A DNA stretch of 64,000 bases. Source: Octopus vulgaris (Eukaryota). The stretch is taken from assembly GCA_951406725.2 (NCBI GenBank), contig OX597814.1, positions 171,306,001-171,370,000 of the forward strand. Direction: 5' to 3'. The position numbers were made by a program, and so were the translations under genes. Each line of letters opens with the position of its first letter. Positions within the stretch are counted from its first letter, which is position 1. Positions 25,686 to 41,247 of the stretch are shown piece by piece. The notes under the pieces were generated by a model. It did no database searches. It saw nothing but the letters and a program-made list of their open reading frames with translations, and was not told the DNA's origin.

Positions 25686-25921
25686 CATATAAACCTAGAT
25701 ACGTAGATGTGTGCGTGTGTCTGTGCGCGCGCGCTTGTGTGTGTGCACGAAATGTTTTTGTAAAAAATACTTATAGCTTATATGTAAAAAATATGTGAAG
25801 TATGCGTGATAAAATAATCTTACATTGTCTATTTTATTCATATGCTCTCTCGCTCGCCTTCTCTCTCTTTACCTCCCAATCTCTCTCTCTCTCTCTCACT
25901 ATCTGTCTTCTCTCTTTTTCT

Positions 25922-25953
<32 letters not shown>

Positions 25954-26169
25954 ACATACATACATAAATATACATACACATGTACGTGCGTGTGTGTGTG
26001 TGTGTGTGTCTGTGTGTGTGTGTGTGTGTGTGTGTTTGTGTCTGTGTGTGTGTGTGCCTGTGTGGGTATATTTGTACGTGTGCTTTTGCACGCGCGTCAA
26101 ATGTAAATGTGTAAATGGATGTGTTCATACCATGCGTTCAGTATATACATGCATGCATACATGCATACA

Positions 26170-26205
<36 letters not shown>

Positions 26206-26481
26206 TAAATATATATACAAACATATACATACATACACAAATACATACATACATGCATACATATATATATATATGTATATATACATAAATATATATGTAT
26301 ATATATATATGTATATATATATATATTATATATATATACTTCATATTGTTCCTGGTTTGGTACGCACGCACACACCCAGACACACACACGAGCACACACC
26401 TATATAAAATATACATATATATGTATATTTTACATATACATATATATGTATGTATACGAGAAATGTTGATATGTATATACA

Positions 26482-26528
<47 letters not shown>

Positions 26529-27524
26529 CATACACGTATATGGAGATATAATTACACATGTACACACACAGAGAAATGCTCTCACAGACATACACACACA
26601 CTCTCACAGGCATACACACACACACACACAGACACACACACAGACACACACACAGAGTCTAAAATCATGACAATCACACATACTTCGCCGAATAAATGTG
26701 ACGGATATGGATATATCAGACGTGCCAAAACCGAAAATCCTTCAGCTAAAATTTTTCCTCACACATTACTAATAAATAAATAATAAAGTGCAAACATAAG
26801 GAACGGAATGGACACACACAGAGGAAAAATATAAAATTATTGATATGCAAATATATAAACTGGCGGGATGGTCTCGGGTGGAAATACTTTGATTATATAT
26901 AGACATGATCGATGAGGACAGGCCTGTGTCTGAGCGTCACATTAGCAACAATAAACGCTACATCCAATCCATGTCGGTCAACCATTTAGGTGTCAGTCGG
27001 CAGACGACAATATCAGTAAAGATAGACACAGCCGCACACACGCACACATACACACATTAAGGCTTACACGTACACACACGCACACACACGCACATATAGG
27101 ACAGAGCAAAAATATTATACGGACTTACAAAATAGGTAAACACACAAATGCAAACCTATATTTGTTGTCTATCTTTAATAGGCTATATCACATAGGCTGC
27201 TTGGCGGAGGTAAGTCACTAGCTTAACTTTTAAGTTGGTTTGCTCACGATACTTGATGGGGTATGAATATATATAATCGTACATACATACGTACATACAT
27301 ACATACATACATACATACATACATACATACATACATACATACATACATACATACATACTTACGTATAGAAATACACCCACACACATATATACAAATTTTA
27401 TGTGTATATATATGAATATATATATATATATTCATATATAAAATATATATATATATATATATATGAATCTATGTACATACATACATACATATATATATAT
27501 ATGTATATATATATATGAATATAC

Positions 27525-27599
<75 letters not shown>

Positions 27600-27661
27600 T
27601 ATATATATTATATCCTATATAAATATATATATATATAATATGTATATATATGATGTGTATA

Positions 27662-27698
<37 letters not shown>

Positions 27699-27989
27699 TT
27701 AAATAAGTGCCAATATTCTTTATGCATATGTATATATATATGTGTGTGTGTGATCCAAAAGAAATTCGTGTGCATATTACACACATAAGGTTATTAAATA
27801 CTAATAAGAGATATTGCATGCACTGGGTTGCATAGCATGTATATTGTACACACGTATAACTATTTTTGATATACGTAGACATGTATCAAAAAATATCTGT
27901 CTATCTTACCGTTTATCTTATATTGATATATATATATATTCATATATGTATATATGTTTATATATCTATACTACATTTGTATCCTCTCT

Positions 27990-28093
<104 letters not shown>

Positions 28094-28102
28094 TTTAAAA
28101 TT

Positions 28103-28309
28103 CTTTTATTCTTTTACTTGTTTCAGTCATTTGACTGCGGCCATTATGGAGCACCGCCTTTAGTCGAGCAAATCCGGCCCAGGACTTATTCTTTGTAAGC
28201 CTAGTAGTTATTGTGTCGGAATCTTTTTCCGAACCCCTAAGATACGGGAATGTAGACATTACAAACATTAGTTGTCAAGCGATGGCGGGAGTGGGGGACA
28301 CACAGACAT

Positions 28310-28371
<62 letters not shown>

Positions 28372-28546
28372 TTATATATATATATATGTATACGACAGAC
28401 TTCTTTCAGTTTCCATCCACCAAATCCGCTCACAAGGCTTATAGTAGAAGACACTTGACTAAGGTGACTGAACCCGGAACCATGAGGTTGGCAAGCAAGG
28501 TACTTACCACACGGCCACACCTGCGACTACGTACATACATTTATAT
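28103..28546 (-). mobile_element. SINE family A
   Basis: Both halves with (CA)n(TA)n linker. Confidence 0.85.
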
Positions 28547-28555
28547 ATATATATG

Positions 28556-28600
<45 letters not shown>

Positions 28601-28768
28601 GCATGTATATATGCATATATACATCCATGTATATGTATGTATATAGGTATATCCATCTATCTGTCTATCTGTCTATATATCTTATACAAGCACATACTTA
28701 TAACATACACACAGGTGTGAGCCTGTGGTATACCTACGTAAACGTATACACATATATGTATATATATA

Positions 28769-28831
<63 letters not shown>

Positions 28832-29101
28832 CTATATGCATGTATCTATATGTATATATATGTATATATATATATGTATATATATATATGTATATACTTA
28901 TGTATGTATCTATATGTATATATATAGTATATATATGTATATATATATGTATGTATGTACCTATATGGATATGTATATATGTTTATATATATGTATATAT
29001 AAGTCTATATTGTATATATGTATATGGATATATATGTATATATATATATGCATGTATATATTATATATATGCATATATATGTATATGTAGACGTATATAT
29101 G

Positions 29102-29133
<32 letters not shown>

Positions 29134-29145
29134 CAGATATACATA

Positions 29146-29316
29146 GCCATGCTGGAACACCCTCTTGAGGTGTCTTAGTCGAAGAAATGAACACCAGGAC
29201 TTACTCTTCGTAAGCCTATTTATTCCATCGGTATCTTTCGCGACTCGCTAAGTTACGGTAGCATAATCAGACCACCATCAGTTTTAAAGTTATGGTGGGG
29301 GAACAAACAGGACACA
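29146..29316 (-). mobile_element. SINE family A 3' half, diverged
   Basis: GCCATGCTGGAACACC...GGACTTACTCTTCGTAAGCC...CGCTAAGTTACGG. Confidence 0.65.
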
Positions 29317-29761
29317 CACATATATACATGCACACGCGCACACACACGGTTGCACACACACACACACACACACACGGTTGCACACACTCACACACACACA
29401 CATACACACATATATATGTACGTATGTATGCATGAATATACGAATATAAGCACTCACACACATATATATATATATGTATATATGTATATATATATATATG
29501 TTTATGTACATATTTGTACGTATATATATATTATATATATATATGTATATATATACATATATATATTTATGTACATATATATATATTTGTGTACATATAT
29601 ATATATAATATATATATAAAGATATATATGTGGGTTTGTCTGTGTGTGTGTAAGTACATATGTCTCTTTCTCTTTCTCCCTGTCTCTCTCTCTGTGTATA
29701 TGCATATATATATGTGTATATATGTATATCTTATATATATATATGTGTATATATGTATATC

Positions 29762-29796
<35 letters not shown>

Positions 29797-29819
29797 GTAT
29801 ATATGTATATATATGTATC

Positions 29820-29850
<31 letters not shown>

Positions 29851-29866
29851 TATATACATATGTATG

Positions 29867-29897
<31 letters not shown>

Positions 29898-30036
29898 ATG
29901 CATGAATATATATGTATATATATATATATGTATGCATGAATATATATGTATATATATATGTATGTATACATGCATATATATGTATATATATATGTGTGTA
30001 TATATATATCAATACATTTCTTTGTAAACGTACATA

Positions 30037-30078
<42 letters not shown>

Positions 30079-30288
30079 CGAAGTGGTGAATACATGCATA
30101 GATGGATACACACACGTACACACACACACACACACACACTCACACTCACACACACACTCACACACACACACAAACATAACTACATCAGGTTGTTTAACTT
30201 ACACATTTAAGTGATAGAAACCAGTCACAATTTCCGCGACGAGTCATCGAGTCATCCAGTTCTACACAAACAACAAAGCACTGCATAC

Positions 30289-30327
<39 letters not shown>

Positions 30328-30780
30328 CTGAGTATTCTAGACACAAGTGTACCCTTAATATAATATCGAAAAAAAAAATTGACGTGAAATAATTTCGGTG
30401 GACTACGATTGGGATTACATCCGATGTGCTTTGATATTTGCTATTCCACTATGTTCCAGTGGATAAAGCTTGTTTGTAGTCGGCCGTTGGCATCCGTGAA
30501 AATATATCCCAAATGCGTAAGGTTGTGATATTGAAGTTAGAAATATATATTTTAGAAATGAAAGCCGTATAATTGCAAAAACTATCCAAAGACTTGGATG
30601 TTTATATCATATATATATATATATATATAATCATATAACAACAGCATGTAGATACATACATATATACATACATACATACATACATACATACATACATACA
30701 TACACACATATATAATATATATGATATATTTAATAAATAAATATTATGTATATTATATATATTATGTATATTATATATAA

Positions 30781-30811
<31 letters not shown>

Positions 30812-30926
30812 CTTGCCAGATAAGACCGGAGCCTGGTGCAGCCTTCTGGCTTCCCAGATCCCCGGTCGAACCGTCCAACCCATGCTAGCGGGGAGAACGG
30901 ACGTTAAACGATGATGATGATGATGA
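30812..30926 (+). mobile_element. Non-LTR element 3' end with (GAT)n tail
   Basis: GC-rich island in (TA)n ending GGACGTTAAACGATGATGATG; clade not determined. Confidence 0.6.
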
Positions 30927-31281
30927 TATATATTATATAACATATATTTCTTACATATATCATACATATTGTATTATATATATATTTATTTTATGTATAT
31001 ATTATATATAACCAATATATCTATGTATATTAGGTGTGCTCCAGCATGGCCGTAGTCGAAATGACTGAAACATTTAGATGATAGAAGATATATATACATG
31101 ATATTAATTTTATATTATTTTTGTATTTTTAAATCATATGTACACACATACACGCACACACAAACAAACATATATAAACACACACACATATATGTATATA
31201 TATGTATATAGAAATATATAAATGTACATATATATACATTGCTTAGGTCAACCTTTGGTCGAAACATATCTTAGTTATATA

Positions 31282-31317
<36 letters not shown>

Positions 31318-31340
31318 CAAATATAATATAAATCTGTATA

Positions 31341-31476
<136 letters not shown>

Positions 31477-31585
31477 CAGATTTATATTATATTTGTATAT
31501 ATATATATATATACATATATACAAATATAAAGAGATGGATGTACATGCGTGTATAAATATATATGTATAATATATGCACATACTG

Positions 31586-31642
<57 letters not shown>

Positions 31643-31698
31643 CATATATACATACATATACATACATACATACATACATACATACATACATACATACA

Positions 31699-31732
<34 letters not shown>

Positions 31733-32127
31733 CATACATAATATATGCCTATATGTATAGACACACCGATGCAAACACACACACACACACACATACACAC
31801 ACACACATTCTCTCAAACTCTCAAACGCATTTCTCGCCAGTGTGTGTGTGTGTGTATAACGCATCATACATATTAAGTTTTAAATTAAATTTTCACGTTT
31901 TCCAACTCTGCACTAATTCAAATCTAATTCAATTTGTATCACGGTTTGCAAGAATTTATTTGCATAAAACTCATTTCTATGCATAACCTATATATTGATA
32001 TATATGTATATATTCACGTCTGGTGTGCAGATGTCTATAGATATGTATTTACGTATGTATATGTGTTTGCATATAATACGGGCATGCGTGTATTCATATA
32101 TATGTATATTTGTGAGTGTGCGGGTGA

Positions 32128-32178
<51 letters not shown>

Positions 32179-32491
32179 TGAGAGAGAATGATGTTGAGAG
32201 GGGTTCTACCCTATAAAAGAATAAACACCCTATATATACTTCATATACATATTGCGCGTTTTCCTCTTATTTTTATGAGCGTAGACCATACCAGTTTATA
32301 TATATACACACACACGCACAATTGTATGTATGTATGTATGTATGTATGTATGTATTCACGTTTGTATATATGTATATTTGCATGTATGTACGCATATGTT
32401 TGTGTAAGTATACACACACACACAAACACACACACACATATATATATACATACATATATACATACATACATACACACACATATATATATTT

Positions 32492-32524
<33 letters not shown>

Positions 32525-33194
32525 CGCATATATATATATATTATATATACCATGTATGTTATGTCTATCTATCTAACTATCCATCTATCCGTCTGTCTAT
32601 CTATTTAATGTATATGTATATATAATATATATGATATGTATATCATGTATATTACATATATTTATATATTTATCGTCATATATAAATAATGTATTTATTT
32701 ATATGTATATATATATATATTTGTAAATATAAATATTATATTATTATATATAATACATTTTTATCTATATAGATATAGTATATATATATATATATACACA
32801 ATATTTGAATAGACATGTTATATTTTTAATTATATTTATATATTATATATAGTATACACACATATATAGAGATATATACTTATTAAAAGGTATATATTTA
32901 ATACACACACAGATACATATACATAAATGCATATTTACTTATATACAAATATATTTATGCATACATACATATATGAAGATATATACGTATATATGGCCAT
33001 GTATACCCAAAATTATGCGTAAATATTTATACATAACTTTTATATATCTAAATACCTATATATACATACATATACTGTGTGTAGTGTATAGATATATTCA
33101 ATATAATCTCTAAATACAAACTCACGTAGTTATATCTATATATACATAATATATAAATCCCTGTGTGTGTGTGTGTGTGTGTGTGTCTGCTGCA

Positions 33195-33271
<77 letters not shown>

Positions 33272-33773
33272 CGTATAATAACGACATAGATACATAGATA
33301 TATGTCAGCAGATATCGGTGTAAGTAAATTGTCTAACAAGACTCATTTAATTGTTTTTTGGTTTTTGTTTTTACGTTTGTTATTGTATCAGTATTCGATA
33401 CGTCGTCGTTATATTTTCTTCCAGGATATTGTTTTCACCACATATGATACGAAAAACTTACGTATTGATATAATAATAACAGCAACATTTAATTGTTTAA
33501 ATTTACGTGTGTGTGTGTGTTTGTGTGTGCGCGCGCGAAGGTGTCCGTCCATACACGCATTCACTCGTCTTCACGCGAGGGCACCACACGCGCGCATACA
33601 TATATGTTGCATTGGAAATTCTTCGTTCGTGTCGCGAAGAGATACAATTCGTTCGCTCTTCACCGAAATATTAGGTCTTAAACATTGGCAATACACGCTT
33701 CACTACGAATTGCAATTGCCAAACCATGCGTGTATAATGGCACAGTTTGCATGTGTGCATGTATATACATGTA

Positions 33774-33815
<42 letters not shown>

Positions 33816-33874
33816 CATACATACCTACATATATATATATATAATATATATATATACGTATATATATATATACG

Positions 33875-33939
<65 letters not shown>

Positions 33940-34014
33940 TTAAAATATATATATACGTATATATACACACACACATATATATATATATTATATACATATA
34001 CATATATAAATGTA

Positions 34015-34051
<37 letters not shown>

Positions 34052-34383
34052 TAGATAGATAGTATATATAGAGAGAGATACATACGTATATATTTATACA
34101 TGTATATGTAATTTGTATATATATGTGTCTATGTATATATATATGTATATATGTCTATATGTATATATATTATATATGTATAATATGTGTGTGTGTGTGT
34201 GTGGATGTAATATATATATATGTATAAATATTTTGATACACATATATTTTTTATATATATTATATTTTATATAACATATATGACATTATCTAACATATAT
34301 TTTATTATATATTTATAACAGTTTTATATTTATGTGTATATATGTATATATAAATTTACATATATATATATATTACATTATAT

Positions 34384-34419
<36 letters not shown>

Positions 34420-34459
34420 CATATATATGAACGTGCATATACATATAAATGCGTTTCCA

Positions 34460-34513
<54 letters not shown>

Positions 34514-34969
34514 TAAATATGTTTATATACATACATACATATAGTACACACACTCGTACATAGACACACATCTTTATTTCTGCTACTTATTTCGCTCTCT
34601 CTACACACACCATTTGTATGCATTTTATATACAATATACTCGAGAAGTTTGTTGTATATGTACATTCATATATATATATATATGATATGCATTTATGCGT
34701 GTATATGCTTATATATGAGTATATGTGAGTCTAAGTATATTTGTACACCTGTGTGTATGCATATTTGTATTTCAAATTTATTATAAATACATAATATATA
34801 ATAAATATAATTATATATTATACATATATTATATATATATATATATGTAATATATATATATATATATATATATAATATAAATCTATGTATCCACCGTATT
34901 AGATATTAGATATGCTGTATAATATAATACATTATATCATAATGTATACATACATATATATATATAGAT

Positions 34970-35002
<33 letters not shown>

Positions 35003-35142
35003 TATACACATACATTTATGTATACGTCCATCTCACTCTTTCTCTCTCTCTCTGTTATGTATAAATACACACACACACACATATATATATATGTATGTAT
35101 ATATATCTTTATATATACCTATGGATATTATATATATGTATA

Positions 35143-35349
35143 CTCTTATACTTGTTTCAGTCATTTGACTGCAGCCATGCTGGAGCACCGCCTTTAGACG
35201 AGCAAATCTACCCCGGGACTTATTCTTTGTAAGCCCAGTACTTATTCTATCGGTCTCTTTTGCCAAACCGCTAAGTTACGGAGACATAAACGCACCAGCA
35301 TCGGTTGTCAAGCAATGTTGGGGGGACAAACACAGACACACAAACACGT

Positions 35350-35382
<33 letters not shown>

Positions 35383-35553
35383 CATATATACGATGGGCTT
35401 CTTTCAATTTCCGTCTACCAAATTCACTCACAAGGCATTGGTCGACCCGGGGCTATAGCAGAAGACACTTGCCCAAGATGCCACGCAGTGGGACTGAACC
35501 CGGAACCATGTAGTTGGTAAGCAAGCTACTTACCACACAGCCACTCCTGCGCC
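35143..35553 (-). mobile_element. SINE family A, full length
   Basis: Head GGCGCAGGAGTGGCTGTGTGGTAAG with A/B-box-like motifs, CORE-like TTGGGCAAGTG, linker and tail. Confidence 0.92.
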
Positions 35554-36108
35554 TATTATATATATATATATATATATATATGTATACGTATGTGTGGTGT
35601 CTGTGTATACGTGTGTGATTGTGCGGCTGTGTGTGTGGGTTCGCGTGTCTTCACGTGTTTGTATGCGCGTGTGCATATGTGTGTGTGTGTGTGTGTGAGT
35701 GCATTAAATATGGCTGTATTAATAACAACGCTTGGTTAAGAACAACGCTTTGCAATCATGTTGCTTTACTTTCGGTCCTTACTGCGCGCAACTTTAGATA
35801 AGTGCCCTTTGTATTGCTGTATTACGGGCCGACCAAACTGTTTATTGAGGTAAATATGATGGACGGAAATTGTGAACACCCGTCGTCATGTATGCAAATG
35901 TGAATTTGTGTATGTACATCCATCTTCACTTAGCAACCAATGAAAGGTGTGTTTAGGTGAAAGGTGTGTTTAGGTTCCCATGACTGAGCGGTTGGGCAAT
36001 AAGAAGCGATAAAATATGTTCTAGATTTCGAAAAGAAGTGCTTAAGCCATTTGAGGCGTTGGCTTAGCATGTTTTGTAGTCCAACAAATTAAATAATTAA
36101 AAGATAAA

Positions 36109-36211
<103 letters not shown>

Positions 36212-36217
36212 CATATG

Positions 36218-36250
<33 letters not shown>

Positions 36251-36313
36251 ATATATATATATAACATATATATATGTGTGTGTGTTTGTATATATATATA
36301 CATCGATACATTG

Positions 36314-36354
<41 letters not shown>

Positions 36355-36366
36355 TGTGTGTTTATG

Positions 36367-36422
<56 letters not shown>

Positions 36423-36431
36423 ATATATATA

Positions 36432-36476
<45 letters not shown>

Positions 36477-36499
36477 GTGTGTGTGTATATATATATACA

Positions 36500-36710
36500 T
36501 CGATACATTGATACTTTCATAGGTTTCTGCCAGTATTGGCCCAGGCCATGTCAAACTTAATAGCACCTCCTGACAAAGTCATTCAAATCAGGAATCGGAC
36601 AACATGGCCCACTCGAGGAGAGAGTCATTGTTTACGGAGACGTATCCAGGTGTAGGAGATTTATCCGGGATTTTTTTTAAAGGAATTTGTCCAAAGACTT
36701 CTTGAACAGT
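36500..36710 (-). mobile_element. CR1-type LINE 3' end
   Basis: FKKSLDKFL/KIPDKSPTPGYVSVNNDSLLEW with one frameshift; 3' UTR GGTGCT...CATGGCC...GAAAC. Confidence 0.75.
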
Positions 36711-36870
36711 TCTATATTTAATAAATGAGGAATTATGTATATTATTTACATTATTTACAATTGACATATATGTGTCCTCATCTTGTTTGTTGTTAACACA
36801 ACGTTTCGGCTGATATACCCCCAAGCCTCCATCAAGTGTCCTGGGGAAATTTCGAACCTGGGTTCTCATT
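36711..36870 (-). mobile_element. Penelope-like terminal repeat fragment with decayed hammerhead
   Basis: Minus strand GACAC-TTGATGG-AGGCT...AGCC-GAAAC-GTT-GTGTT. Confidence 0.55.
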
Positions 36871-36879
36871 TCTGAATTA

Positions 36880-37301
36880 GCAATTTCGGCTGGTTATACT
36901 CGAGATTGTTCCAATCTGGCCAGCCCCAAGGAAAACTAAGCTATGAAGCATTATATTCCTTGGAAGAAAGCAGCGAATATATACGAAAACAAGGATAGAA
37001 AAAAAAAACGGGGAATGTTGCACAAATACAAATAACAGGGCATAAACAACAGGTGTCTTTCGACTAAGGACGAATTAAATTAAGCTGGCGTGTGTGGGAG
37101 TAAAGCCTTACGGCAGGGAGACATGATTTCACAGGCACAGGGGTCCTGTTTTTCGTATTTGTGTAACATTCTCCGTTTTTTTCCGTCCTTGTTTTCGTAT
37201 ACACTCGCTACTTTCATCCATGAAATCCAATGTTCTTAGCTTAGTTTTTCCTTGGGGCTGACCAGATTGGAGCAATCTCGAGTATAACCAGCCCAAATTG
37301 C
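36880..37301. repeat. Inverted repeat, ~160-bp arms, ~105-bp spacer
   Basis: 36880-37039 vs 37145-37301, clearly homologous with scattered mismatches. Confidence 0.9.
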
Positions 37302-37477
37302 AAAGATAATCTGGAACTCGACTGAGGAAAGAAAACTCCGAATGACCCGTCCTTGTTTTCTTTGTATCGTCTATCTGGATGTTTTGCTGTACCTTTTTTG
37401 TATCACTTGGATGTCCAGATGTTTTGCGTTCTTGTCCCATTTTGTATTATATATATAGCGGCGTACGTACAGTTTTG

Positions 37478-37560
<83 letters not shown>

Positions 37561-37753
37561 AATAAAATAAGAGTAGAAATTGATATTAATCAATTAAAAC
37601 CAGTGGCTTAGCATATGTTTTTTTAAAAAAAACCGAAGATTAAAAATTGTTACATACAAAATTAAGAGGAATGACCACTAAAAGTGGACAGCCTATATGC
37701 TAAACATAGACGTCAAATCGCCATTACCACGAAGAATGTGTTCTCACTAAATT

Positions 37754-37816
<63 letters not shown>

Positions 37817-39080
37817 CATACGTACATACATATATTGTATAGATACACTTGCACACACGCAAACACACATATATATATACATACACATATACACACATGC
37901 ATGAGAATAGCAAGACAGGATATAAAATTCATTTGATTTAACACTCAACAATTGGTTGAGATTGAGCGGAGTTGAGATGTTTATTAAATAAAAGTAATTT
38001 CTGTGTTACAATTACAACGTGGAAGACACGTATTAATCATGCAAAAACCTGGTGAAAGACCGTTAACTTCATTTAGACATTTATTACTTGGTGTCAAAAT
38101 TTTCGTCGCACCAACTGCGATTCCATCTGTTTTTGTTAACAATGCTACCTCACAAATAAAATCAGTTGAATTAAGACCTATATAGAGGCCCTTAAACACT
38201 TGAGAGATTTTGGTGATCTCCATATATGTGTAAACGATAATAAATCCTAAAATAATTTTTTATTTTTCAAAATGAAACGAAGCTATTAATAGTAAGATGA
38301 GAAGTATTGTTTATTTTTGTATACTTCCACTTAATTTATTGGAAAGTCCTTGATCCGATCCTCAAAATTAATCTTACATTATACATCTGCTTCTATACTT
38401 AGTAAAGATTAGGTATCCCGAATATCATTTTAGCAAGTTTTAAGTGATTTCTTTTGTGCCATAAACCATTTACCATTTCTGTGATAAACCCCCTTCTCTC
38501 TTAATGCCCTAAGCACGTGCTTATTTTGCTTAACGGTTAACCCAGCGTTGCTTGAATGCCAAGTACACCTTATTTTATCTGATAAGTTTATAATTTCTTT
38601 TTGGGTCTTTGTTTTAAATTTGTAATATCGAATTTTGAAAAAAAATTAATACTTTTAAAGATTTCACGAAATAAAATCTGAATTCGCAGTATTTTGAAAA
38701 GTAATATTTGCTGTCACATCGAATATGGCTGTTCCATAGGAACCAACATTACTACATTTTTTAACCCCAGGAAGAGCCTCCTCTAGCTGATTATTGATGC
38801 AATCTGCATCCAATATATATATATTGCAAACTGGAGGAGGCTACCCCTGGGGTTGCGGTGGTAAACATTACTTCTCAGTATAGTTACTACTTTGATATCT
38901 CATAGATTTTCTAACTTGCTACTTTGCTTGTCACAATATTTTGCTTTTGTAAAACCAAGGTTAGTGGAAGAGGCATTGGAGCCAAGGTCAGTTAGAATAT
39001 TAGAAAGCCGTGACGATGCTTCGGTTTCTTCTGAGACCATGTATCTAGGACAATATTATCGAATGTATCTTTCCTTATAT

Positions 39081-39257
39081 TGTAAGAAACTTGCTTTTTT
39101 CTCAGCCGTATGGTTCCAGGTTCACCATGGGCAAGTGTCTTCTACTATAACCCCGAGTTGGCCAAAGTTTTGTGAGTGGATTTGGTAGACGGAAAATGAA
39201 AGAAGCATATGTGTGTGTATGTGTGTTTGTTTGTGTGTTTGCGTGTGTGTGTGTGTC

Positions 39258-39296
<39 letters not shown>

Positions 39297-39480
39297 TCCA
39301 CCTACGCTTAATGGTGTTGTTTTGTTTACGTCTCTGTATAATAGTGGGTCAGCAAAAGGAAACTGATAGAATAGGTACGGGAGTTTATTAAAAAAATGGG
39401 AAAGCATTGGGGTCGATCGATTTAGTTCTTCAAGACAATGCTCCAGGAGGACCACAGTCAAGTGACAGATCCAAGTAAAC
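39081..39480 (+). mobile_element. SINE family A, diverged
   Basis: GGGCAAGTGTCTTCTACTATA...GAGTGGATTTGGTAGACGGAAA; (TG)n linker; degenerate tail. Confidence 0.75.
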
Positions 39481-39696
39481 GTAATATGATAAAAAAAAAA
39501 CATAAAGATATTCAAGTTGACTCTAAGAGATCACACCTCTAATCACACCTCTAATCCAAGACGTTCAATATTTGACCATAAATATATACTCAACCACAGA
39601 GGTGCTCCAGCATAACCGCAGCCGCATGGCTGAGACGAGTAAAAAGAGTAAAAGAGTAACAGTATCCGGTGCTCCAATATCTGTCCAATACTTGAG

Positions 39697-39912
39697 AGGC
39701 AGTGAGCTGGCAGAAACGGTAGCATGCTTAGTAAAATACTTAGCGGCATTTTATCACTCTATACATTCTGAACTGAAATTCCACCAAGGTAATTTTTTCC
39801 TTTCATTCCTTCGGGGTTGATAAAACAAATGCCAGTTGAGCACTGGGATCGATGTAATGGACCTCATGCCTTTCCTGAACTTGCTGGCCTTGTGCCAAAA
39901 TATAAAACCAAT
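39697..39912 (+). mobile_element. SINE family B, diverged
   Basis: GGCAGTGAGCTGGCAGAAACG...CCTTTCATTCCTTCGGGGTTGATAAA. Confidence 0.75.
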
Positions 39913-40143
39913 ATGTCATTCACGTATGAACGTAGTGTGTGATTTGAGGGGGGATTTAGTCGTGGGACCATATAGTTTTTTTAGATAGTTTCTGCACGTG
40001 TCTTTGCATTAAGCTACTCACAAAATTTTGATATATGTAATATACATGTGCGTAATATGGAGTTGTATTAACGAGTGTGTGTCTGTGAGTGTATATATAT
40101 ATATGTGTGTGTGTGTGTACTGTGTATATGTATATATAATATA

Positions 40144-40178
<35 letters not shown>

Positions 40179-40681
40179 TATATATTAATAAATAAAACAT
40201 ATGCATATATATAAACATATATGTACGTACCTACCTCTACATGTACATATACACGCATGTATGAGTACAGGACACCAAAAAGACGTCGAACACAATGAGA
40301 AACGAAAACATAGACACAAACCCAAGGAACTGGACATTTTTTTAAACAGCAAAAAAATATAGAGTACAGGACAATTAACACAAAGAAAAAAAACCCTTCT
40401 TCAGTCGCTATGGTTTCATCTACTCTACGTTTCGAAGGTTTGGTAGTAGAAACAGAAAAAATAGATCTCAAAACATGAGTATATATAAACTCCATATTTC
40501 ATTTTAAACTTTATTCATAAAGTATTGGATTCCTACATATATACCATTCTGCCTAAACAAATGGATCGACGACTTCAACATCCCTACATATCTTGCAGCT
40601 ATATATCCATCTATTTTCTTTCCTCACTATCTATTTTCTATCACATCTAAACTAACTATGACTTAACCATCCTCTTACACC

Positions 40682-40733
40682 GTCTCCGATGAAGGGATAT
40701 CATTAATAAATATCACGAAAACAGCTGTAAGAC
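40682..40733 (+). ncRNA. Hammerhead motif (57.5-kb family), degenerate
   Basis: GTCT-CCGATGA-AGGGATAT...ATATCACG-AAAAC-AGCT-GTA-AGAC. Confidence 0.6.
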
Positions 40734-40803
40734 CTATCTATTTATAAATGTTCCTATATCTACACAACCTTGGTTTTTTTATTTCATTACACAAAACAAT
40801 TCT

Positions 40804-40869
<66 letters not shown>

Positions 40870-40871
40870 GT

Positions 40872-40965
<94 letters not shown>

Positions 40966-41105
40966 TATATATATATATATGCAATTAATTATTTAGCAGA
41001 AGCTACATGGGTCACTCAAAGGCCGAAAGTTTCGTCCGTTTGATCAATGTTTGATAAGTGCTAACGCATGAAATTCTCAAACCTTCAGTCGCACTGTTGC
41101 TTCTG

Positions 41106-41185
<80 letters not shown>

Positions 41186-41198
41186 ATATATATATATG

Positions 41199-41244
<46 letters not shown>

Positions 41245-41247
41245 TAT

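Noticed and set aside
37984-38223. 79-aa ORF with ordinary composition
   Set aside because: No recognisable motif or splice context; length within chance expectation.
41010-41040. Hammerhead halves at 41010-41040 (GGCCGAAAGTTT), ~40425-40440 minus (GAAACGTAGAG) and ~37322-37350 (CTGAGGA...GAAT)
   Set aside because: Only half of the core is present or the stems are missing; not callable.
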